Notes: generated by a model from the sequence alone, not told the origin. A DNA stretch of 32,000 nt from an uncultured Ignavibacteriota bacterium (GCA_903861125.1 CAIOTF010000013.1:92407-124406), one strand, 5' to 3'. Numbered from the stretch's first letter, positions 8,050 to 13,968 are shown. Made by a program: numbers and translations.

Positions 8050-9807
8050 ATGAAAAAATCTCTCTGCTTTCTCTGTGCTGTTCTGGCCGTGCTTTTCCAA
8101 ACAGCGTTTTCTTCCACGGATGTTGAAAAAAAGAAACTCACCATTGAATCGGAATGTGAATGGAGGGTGTCCAACGAGATCCGTAAGTATTATCCATCCA
8201 TGAAATACCTTATTTCAGCCGACGCAACAGTGTTGGAAGAATATCCGGCTGAAGATACGGAAAAACCGACGCGCGACCTGATGCTTCCCGGCGTGAAAGG
8301 GTTCGAGACGAACGTCGAAAAAGAAAATGTCCGAATTTCGGTTGAGAAGATCGAGGTTCAGCTTTTAGCGGACAAATATTTCACTAAAAGTGATCCGGAA
8401 CTGCTTCGCCTGCTCGAAAATATCGTTTATTATTCGGGGAAATTGAGCCGTTCACGGGGAGATAAGGTGACCATCACGGAAATGTCATTCCCATCCTCAA
8501 CGCCGGTCCCACCCGTTAATGTCGATTCTGTTACGCAGGCGCATAAAGAATTAACCAGGAGCAAACTACCGGCAGTAGATACCACTAACGAAAATAACTC
8601 TGGTATGGGTGCAGATCTCTCGCTTATGAACATAAAATATATTGGGGCACTTTTTCTGGTCGGAGGAATCGCTATCGGGGTGCTGCTGCTTGTCCGTAGG
8701 AGTAAATTGGACGAGGTTCGGTATCAACAAAAAGTTACGGAACTGGATAATGAACGGCAGCAGAACGAGATTAAAAATGCCGAACCGAATGTGATGCTGA
8801 TGCTTCCCGAGAACATTCAGCGCGCAAATCAAAAAGCGGAATTAGAAAAGAAAAAATCCGAGATTATTACAACCGCCGTCGGAAGACCCGACGTCATTAT
8901 TGAGGTCATTCGTGAGATGCTTCGCGATCCTCAAAAGCAGGCGCAGGCGCAGACCGTCCTTTCGAGCCTTGGCCAGAGCATTATTGCCATTGTCCGCGAG
9001 CATGTAACCGAAACTGAAAATCATCAGTTGAGCAAACTTATTGCTGATGCGCCGCAGGTAGAAAACGAGATGGTCAATACCGCACTAGCCTCATTTCAGA
9101 ATGCGATCGTAATGCAAAAATTTACAATGGCAAATAATGAGAAAAGGAATCCATTTGCATTCCTTGAAAAACTGTCTGAGCCGCAGCTCTATCTGCTGAT
9201 GAAGGACGAACCTGCCGGAATCGTTGCAATGATTCTATCTCAAGTCAATCCGGGTATTGCCGGAAGTTTGCTGCGCAACCTTCCATCAATGCAGCAGGGT
9301 GAGGTTTCAATGGAATTGGTCAAACTGCAGCGGTTGACGAGCGATGCATACCTTTCCGTTGCACGCGACCTGGCTACTAAGGCCTCCAAAATACCGGCGA
9401 TCAACAATGTCCAGGTACAGGGTCCCGAATTGCTGATGGATATCTTCGACAACATGGACGAGTCGGACGAGCACTCGATCTTTGAATATATTAAAGTGAT
9501 GAATGTTGATCTGTACCGCGAGATCTCTTCGCAGCGCGTTGCCTTTACGTCCATCGATTCGTTTGACGATAAGATCATCCGGCAAATTATGAAGGATGTT
9601 CCCGGCGAAGAAATGGCTTTAGCCCTTAAGAATGCTCCGGAAAAAATTATAGAAAAATTCCTTTCTGTACTGCCGTCAAAAGCAAAGACGATATTGAACG
9701 AGCACATTGCGAATCTCGATTCCGTTTCGCTGGAAGAAGAACAAAAAGTGCGCAGAAAAATTACAAGGTTGGTACGAAATTATCTGCGGGTTGCAAAGAA
9801 AGCATAA
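8050..9807 (+). CDS. Bitopic membrane protein: signal peptide or TM1, a ~170-aa periplasmic domain, a TM helix, a coiled-coil linker, and a full-length FliG-like region (N, M and C domains)
   Basis: The N-terminus is MKKSLCFLCAVLAVLFQTAFSS. The TM helix is KYIGALFLVGGIAIGVLLLV (nt 8635-8694). The FliG_N-like part is QTVLSSLGQSIIAIVREH...VENEMVNTALASF. The FliG_M-like part is FAFLEKLSEPQLYLLMKDEPAGIVAMILSQVNPGIAGSLLRNLPSMQQGEVSMEL (compare EHPQ.IALILS.L.P..AA.VL..LP..LQ.EV). The FliG_C-like part is DDKIIRQIMKDVPGEEMALALKNAPEKIIEKFLSVLPSKAKTILNEHIANLDSVSLEEEQKVRRKI (compare LDDRSIQ.LL.EV....L.LALKGA...L.EKFL.NMS.RAA..L.DD....GPVRL..VE..Q..I). Confidence 0.75.
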   Translation: MKKSLCFLCAVLAVLFQTAFSSTDVEKKKLTIESECEWRVSNEIRKYYPSMKYLISADATVLEEYPAEDTEKPTRDLMLPGVKGFETNVEKENVRISVEKIEVQLLADKYFTKSDPELLRLLENIVYYSGKLSRSRGDKVTITEMSFPSSTPVPPVNVDSVTQAHKELTRSKLPAVDTTNENNSGMGADLSLMNIKYIGALFLVGGIAIGVLLLVRRSKLDEVRYQQKVTELDNERQQNEIKNAEPNVMLMLPENIQRANQKAELEKKKSEIITTAVGRPDVIIEVIREMLRDPQKQAQAQTVLSSLGQSIIAIVREHVTETENHQLSKLIADAPQVENEMVNTALASFQNAIVMQKFTMANNEKRNPFAFLEKLSEPQLYLLMKDEPAGIVAMILSQVNPGIAGSLLRNLPSMQQGEVSMELVKLQRLTSDAYLSVARDLATKASKIPAINNVQVQGPELLMDIFDNMDESDEHSIFEYIKVMNVDLYREISSQRVAFTSIDSFDDKIIRQIMKDVPGEEMALALKNAPEKIIEKFLSVLPSKAKTILNEHIANLDSVSLEEEQKVRRKITRLVRNYLRVAKKA

Positions 9808-9847
9808 CCGTGAATGCCGTAACACATTCACGCGTGCAACAATAATA

Positions 9848-9895
9848 CTCCGCAGTTTTCCGAACGATCTCATCGGATCTGCGGAGGTGTTTTTA
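9848..9895 (+). terminator. Rho-independent terminator closing the 1-9807 block
   Basis: The outer stem is a perfect 8 bp, CTCCGCAG (9848-9855) with CTGCGGAG (9879-9886). The inner stem is 5 bp, TCCGA (9859-9863) with TCGGA (9873-9877). GTGTTTTT follows. A second hairpin, CGTGAATG/CATTCACG (9809-9832), lies just after the stop codon. Confidence 0.75.
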
Positions 9896-10252
9896 GGAAA
9901 GTGTAGATGATTGCACGAACAGCATAATGCATAACCCTGTCTATCCTGCATTCACCGATGCATTGTTGTCGAGCACCTCATTTCAATAATTATTTTGTAT
10001 TGCCTCCGTATTTGTTTCGGACGATAGATATTCCGAAGTAGAAAACTATTTTTCCCCCCGTTACCATCCTTCATCACTTACATTCAATTGTTTGCCCCCT
10101 CGGGCAGCTCTGTTCTTTCCGCCTGTCGTTCAATGAATTACGTATCTGCGTAGTGTAAATTTTAATTTAAAAAATTGTAAACAATTGTTGACAGAAATAA
10201 TTTCTGGATACCAAAAATCTTTGTTTTTCCGCTATTTTGGCCATATTTGTTC

Positions 10253-10268
10253 TGGCACGATGATTGTG
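10253..10268 (+). promoter_or_regulatory. Sigma-54 (-24/-12) type promoter candidate upstream of the MerR-like gene
   Basis: TGGCACgatgaTTGTg has the -24 GG and the -12 TTG at the canonical spacing (consensus TGGCAC-N5-TTGCW), but the -12 C is replaced by T. It is intergenic, 139 nt upstream of ATG 10407. A sigma-54 activator gene is present in the same block. Confidence 0.5.
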
Positions 10269-10406
10269 ACATTATAATATGATGCTAAGAACGATTCAGC
10301 ATCGACTAAAAAAAACCGATACGTTTTTTCTCATGCTTTCTCTTGATAATGTATCCCGGAAAATTTACCGGTCTGTTTTAACAACTTTCAACACAGGATC
10401 TATACC

Positions 10407-11264
10407 ATGCAAAAAGTGATGTTTACAACAGATGAAGTTGCGAAACTGTTGAACGTGAATAAGTCTACCATAAAGCGCTGGACAAATGAAGGGAAAATAC
10501 ATTGTGAGCGTACTCCGGGTCAGCATCGGAAATTCAGCAAGGAAGATGTATTGGAATTTTCAAAGAAAAACAATTATCAGGTTGAGAAAATACACAAGGA
10601 ATTTTACGTCGATGATGATTCTACGTTGATGAAACAGTTGATTGTGCAAAACGAGGGCAATGCATTTCGTTCAATCATATTTTCATCCTCTCTTAAGAGA
10701 GAGCAGCAGGAACTCATGAGCATTATCAAAAAATTGTATACAGAAAATATTGCCTATAAGGTAATTCTTCGCGATTTCATTCTTCCTGTGATGACGAAAC
10801 TCGACCGGATCGAATCGATCGGCAAAATTGATGAAAAAAGGTGCCTGGTTGCTAAAAACACTATCGGAAATTCAATGGTTGCCTTCACCGACAGTGTTCC
10901 CAGATTAAAACGGCGCAGTTCGGTTGCAGTTCTTTTTTCATTCGATGTCTCGCTCGAAAATGACATAAAAGTAATTGAATCGAAACTTGAGGTCGATGGC
11001 TACCTCGTTATTAATCTCGGCATCCAGTATTCCTGGACAACGGTAAATCAATGGATGGTTAAAAATGATTCCAACATCTTGCTTTGCCTGGTGAAGCATT
11101 CGAAAAACGAAAATCAGCACCACAGTAATATTTCTGCGTTGGAGCGGATCAGCGAAGACCGCAATATGCTGTTTTTATGCGGGACAACAAAAATGTTCAT
11201 TGACATGGATCTGGAATATGTGGGGAAATTATACAAATCGCAAAAAGTGTTAGAAGTAGCGTAA
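10407..11264 (+). CDS. MerR/excisionase-type HTH regulator with a C-terminal B12-binding-like domain (four-helix bundle plus Rossmann-like) that lacks the cobalamin His ligand
   Basis: The HTH is FTTDEVAKLLNVNKSTIKRWTNEGKIHCERTPGQHRKFSKEDVLEF. The C-terminus follows a CarH/LitR-like layout (ILRDFILPVMTKLDRIESIGKIDEKRCLVAKNTIGNSM...VAVLFSFDVSLENDIKVIESKLEVDGYLVINLG...ILLCLV). DVSLEN occupies the position where D/E-x-H-x-x-G is expected. Confidence 0.55.
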   Translation: MQKVMFTTDEVAKLLNVNKSTIKRWTNEGKIHCERTPGQHRKFSKEDVLEFSKKNNYQVEKIHKEFYVDDDSTLMKQLIVQNEGNAFRSIIFSSSLKREQQELMSIIKKLYTENIAYKVILRDFILPVMTKLDRIESIGKIDEKRCLVAKNTIGNSMVAFTDSVPRLKRRSSVAVLFSFDVSLENDIKVIESKLEVDGYLVINLGIQYSWTTVNQWMVKNDSNILLCLVKHSKNENQHHSNISALERISEDRNMLFLCGTTKMFIDMDLEYVGKLYKSQKVLEVA

Positions 11265-11391
11265 TATATGTCTATCTCAGCGTACTACTTCCGTATCAAC
11301 GTTGGTTTACAGAAAGGGCAACAATGGTTGCCAATCGACTCCGGAAAAAAAATAAAGCGTTGATATTAAGCCAAAAAGAGCAAAAATGGAT

Positions 11392-11407
11392 TGGCACAAG
11401 GTTTGAG
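11392..11407 (+). promoter_or_regulatory. Sigma-54 (-24/-12) type promoter candidate upstream of the small ORF
   Basis: TGGCACaaggtTTGAg has the canonical GG-to-TTG spacing. It lies 37 nt upstream of ATG 11444, which leaves room for a short leader carrying AGGAGG. Confidence 0.55.
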
Positions 11408-11443
11408 TATGATATAGTATACTTATAGAAAGGAGGGTGAAAC

Positions 11444-11587
11444 ATGGTTTACATTTTACTGATACTTGCATACTTCGCGATACTATTGTTCTTCTCACGG
11501 TTTTTTGCATTTCTGAAGGGATGCGACGATTCAATGGCTCAGACAAGCGGCAATATAGAATTATCGGATAGTTCAGCTGTGAAATAG
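11444..11587 (+). CDS. Small (47 aa) single-TM membrane peptide, absent from the supplied ORF track because it is shorter than 60 aa
   Basis: A perfect SD, AGGAGG (11431-11436), lies 7 nt before ATG 11444. The translation is MVYILLILAYFAILLFFSRFFAFLKGCDDSMAQTSGNIELSDSSAVK*. The N-terminus is a hydrophobic helix and the tail is polar. A sigma-54-like promoter precedes it. Confidence 0.5.
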   Translation: MVYILLILAYFAILLFFSRFFAFLKGCDDSMAQTSGNIELSDSSAVK

Positions 11588-11639
11588 AATTAGAATGTGA
11601 CGGGTAAGACTATTGGCAGTATAACAGAAAGGTTTGTAC

Positions 11640-12119
11640 ATGAATACTCGATTATGGGATCACACTGAATTTAAGGACAATGCGGTAGTTGTGTGTGAGG
11701 ATGCCGGACTTAACAACTATCTCAATCAATTTTTGAAGTTCATCGATATGTCGTATGAAGAGATGTCGGCTGATAAGTTGGTCGAATCGATCCCCGGATT
11801 ACGTGACAAAAAGATGTCCATGATCATCTTTGAAGGAAAAGAGAACATTAAAACCATCATGAACAAGCGGTATCTTCTCCGGCGGGATCATCCGGATATG
11901 CAGTTCATCATCCTGCTGGATGAACCGGCGGAATCCGAAACCGTGAGCGAGGATAAAAATTTTCAAGATGTTAAATTTTTGCATAAGAAAGATGTTCTTC
12001 AGAAGATCTCATTATTCCTTGGATATGTGTACTCATCCAAAAAATATTCGGGAACACCAAATAGTAAGGCATACGCGAAAAATATTTCGGATCATCATAG
12101 AGTTGATATGTATGTGTAG
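11640..12119 (+). CDS. Receiver-like (pseudo-receiver) domain protein
   Basis: ATG 11640 is the probable start, because the listed start at 11634 is TTG. The sequence shows the alternating beta/alpha pattern of a REC fold (AVVVCEDAG / LNNYLNQFLKFI / MSMIIFEG / MQFIILLDE / VKFLHKKD). Glu (gaa 11832-11834) occupies the position of the phospho-acceptor Asp. The family call is weak. Confidence 0.35.
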   Translation: MNTRLWDHTEFKDNAVVVCEDAGLNNYLNQFLKFIDMSYEEMSADKLVESIPGLRDKKMSMIIFEGKENIKTIMNKRYLLRRDHPDMQFIILLDEPAESETVSEDKNFQDVKFLHKKDVLQKISLFLGYVYSSKKYSGTPNSKAYAKNISDHHRVDMYV

Positions 12120-12233
12120 CGGCAATGGCCCGGCAAGGTTCACGTATGCGCAGCAGAAGTAATTGTACAAAAGAATTGCGATGTTGAGATATATAAATTG
12201 TTTACGCAGTCAAGTAAAAACAAGGCACCAAAC

Positions 12234-13373
12234 ATGAGTAAGGAATACCCAAAAGTATCAGTGAATCCCGAAGGCAGGACTATTAACAATATTCTTATCA
12301 TTGATGATGACGAGTTATGGTTACAAATGCTCGATGTTGAGTTGAAGCATCTCAACTATACCGTGTATTGCAGCACCGGAAAAGAAACAATTGATGACTA
12401 CAAAGGGAAAAAAATCGATTTTATTCTGTGCGACATTCATATGGATGGCAAGAGCGGCTTTGATTTGTTAGAAGAGATCCGTGTTAATAATAGAATGTCG
12501 ATGATCCCGTTCGTATTAATGTCCGGCATGATGGATCCTTTCGTTATCCGTCGAGCAATGTGGCTTGGCGCTGATGATGTGCTGGAAAAACCGTTTTCTA
12601 TTAATGATCTCATCAACGTCTTCAACGCGCAAGCCGAAAGGATTGCAAGGATCCACAAGTATGCCGAAGAGCGTCTTGATACACTTCGGTCAAGCATTCA
12701 AAAAGTATTTCCATCCGAACTGTATAATTCGCTCCACATTATATCCGGAAATTCGTATATCCTTACAGAACTGACGGAGGAGATAGACCAACGTAAGCTG
12801 AAAAGGATCGGCAATTCTATCACTAAGGGAGCAAATCAGCTGCACACCATTTTTGACAATATTTCGCTGTACACTCACCTTCTAACGAACAAGGACGTCT
12901 TTGCAAAACTCTCCAAAGAATCATTCGCCTATGATTCCGGAATGGTGATTGAGAATGTGTGCAGAAATACGGCGAAGAAATATGAACGGGAGCATTGCCT
13001 GAAGATGCAAAACAATTTCAGCACTCAGGTCCGCATTGCACGGGAATACCTTGAAAAGGTTATAACCATTGTGGTGGATAATGCATTCAAGTTCTCACAG
13101 ATTGACAGCATCGTTTACGTTGATGTTAAAGAGGATAGCTCACTGTTAAAAATTACGGTGGTTGATAATGGCGACGGTCTAAACGAAGATCAATTATCTC
13201 AGATAGGTCCATTTATGCAGTTTGACAAAAATACCTACCAGCAGAGGGGTATTGGTCTTGGGATATCACTTGCAAAACTTATTGTTGAACTTCATTCAGG
13301 CATTATATCCTTTACCTCGCAAAAGGGTCAGGGTACTACTGTTTCAATCATACTTCCTATTCTACCAAAATAA
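12234..13373 (+). CDS. REC-first hybrid kinase: receiver domain, degenerate DHp and HATPase_c
   Basis: ATG 12234 is the probable start, because the listed start at 12198 is TTG. The REC domain reads ILIIDDDE...DFILCDIHMDGKSGFDL...LGADDVLEKPFS. The HATPase part has N box VVDNAFKFS, G1 box VDNGDGL and G2 box GIGLGISLAK. The H-box position reads FPSELYNSLHIISG rather than SHELRTPL..I.G. Confidence 0.8.
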   Translation: MSKEYPKVSVNPEGRTINNILIIDDDELWLQMLDVELKHLNYTVYCSTGKETIDDYKGKKIDFILCDIHMDGKSGFDLLEEIRVNNRMSMIPFVLMSGMMDPFVIRRAMWLGADDVLEKPFSINDLINVFNAQAERIARIHKYAEERLDTLRSSIQKVFPSELYNSLHIISGNSYILTELTEEIDQRKLKRIGNSITKGANQLHTIFDNISLYTHLLTNKDVFAKLSKESFAYDSGMVIENVCRNTAKKYEREHCLKMQNNFSTQVRIAREYLEKVITIVVDNAFKFSQIDSIVYVDVKEDSSLLKITVVDNGDGLNEDQLSQIGPFMQFDKNTYQQRGIGLGISLAKLIVELHSGIISFTSQKGQGTTVSIILPILPK

Positions 13374-13639
13374 TCCGTATACACCCATAATTCTTCATAC
13401 GTCACAATTAGGACGGAGAAGTGTGTGGTAACGGATTTTCCACCAAGAGTGTCTTTGGCTTGATGGAACGTCGGTTCATCCATCTCATCCCCAATTTGCC
13501 TTCTCCTGCAGTATCTCGCTCCAACGTACACTATTTTTCTTTTCAACGGAACACCCTGGTTCTGCCTCTTGTAAACATAAAATAATCCGGCACATCCGAA
13601 TAGCTCATGAATAATGTCGGTGATGGAAATTGATGCCAA
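13328..13639 (-). CDS. Possible small GIY-YIG (URI)-like nuclease domain ORF, or a remnant of one
   Basis: GLFYVYKRQNQGVPLKRKIVYVGARYCRRRQ...VLIVTYEELWVYTDY resembles GIY...YIG...R...E (compare UvrC GVYRMYD..G.VIYVGKAKDLRKRL...TEALLLE.NYIK). The start codon is TTG. The 3' end overlaps the convergent kinase gene by 46 nt. An in-frame TAG separates it from ORF 13646-13873. Confidence 0.3.
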   Translation of the reverse strand: MASISITDIIHELFGCAGLFYVYKRQNQGVPLKRKIVYVGARYCRRRQIGDEMDEPTFHQAKDTLGGKSVTTHFSVLIVTYEELWVYTDYFGRIGSMIETVVP

Positions 13640-13952
13640 CTTTTTCTATCCGCTTCGTCGTGTCTTACGTATTTGATCATTTTTTAGACATATTGAATAT
13701 TGTAACGGGCTATGACCACTAAAGTTGACAGAGGAATACAATTCCCGCGACGTAGAAAAAATCAGTAGTAATGCTTCTTTTTCATTCGTATTCGATGTTT
13801 TAATGTCTGTCAGTAATTCACTCCATAGATCTTGATAATGTATAGTATTGTACATCTGTAAATATGTAAACAAAATTCTACAATCGTCAACAGACGTTTA
13901 CGAAAGTAATCAAAAATTTACAGTATTTATGGACATTTTTTTTATTAAAACT

Positions 13953-13968
13953 TGGCGTAATTTTTGAT
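13953..13968 (+). promoter_or_regulatory. Weaker sigma-54-like promoter candidate upstream of the giant kinase
   Basis: TGGCGTaatttTTGAt has GG and TTG at the canonical spacing but deviates at -22/-21 and in the -12 GC. It lies 42 nt upstream of ATG 14010. Confidence 0.3.

Noticed and set aside
9676-9951. ORFs 9676-9951 (-) and 9707-9910 (+)
   Set aside because: They overlap the 3' end of the FliG-like gene and run through its terminator hairpins. Their composition is Arg/Cys-rich shadow-frame sequence.
11307-11546. The 79-aa minus-strand ORF
   Set aside because: It has no SD or promoter and no recognisable family. It is antisense to a + strand small ORF that has a perfect AGGAGG, correct ATG spacing and a sigma-54-like promoter.
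13646-13873. The 75-aa minus-strand ORF as an independent gene
   Set aside because: It has no family resemblance, lies in AT-rich promoter DNA of the giant kinase, and overlaps the TGTAAAC motif cluster. I kept it only as context for the possible GIY-YIG remnant.
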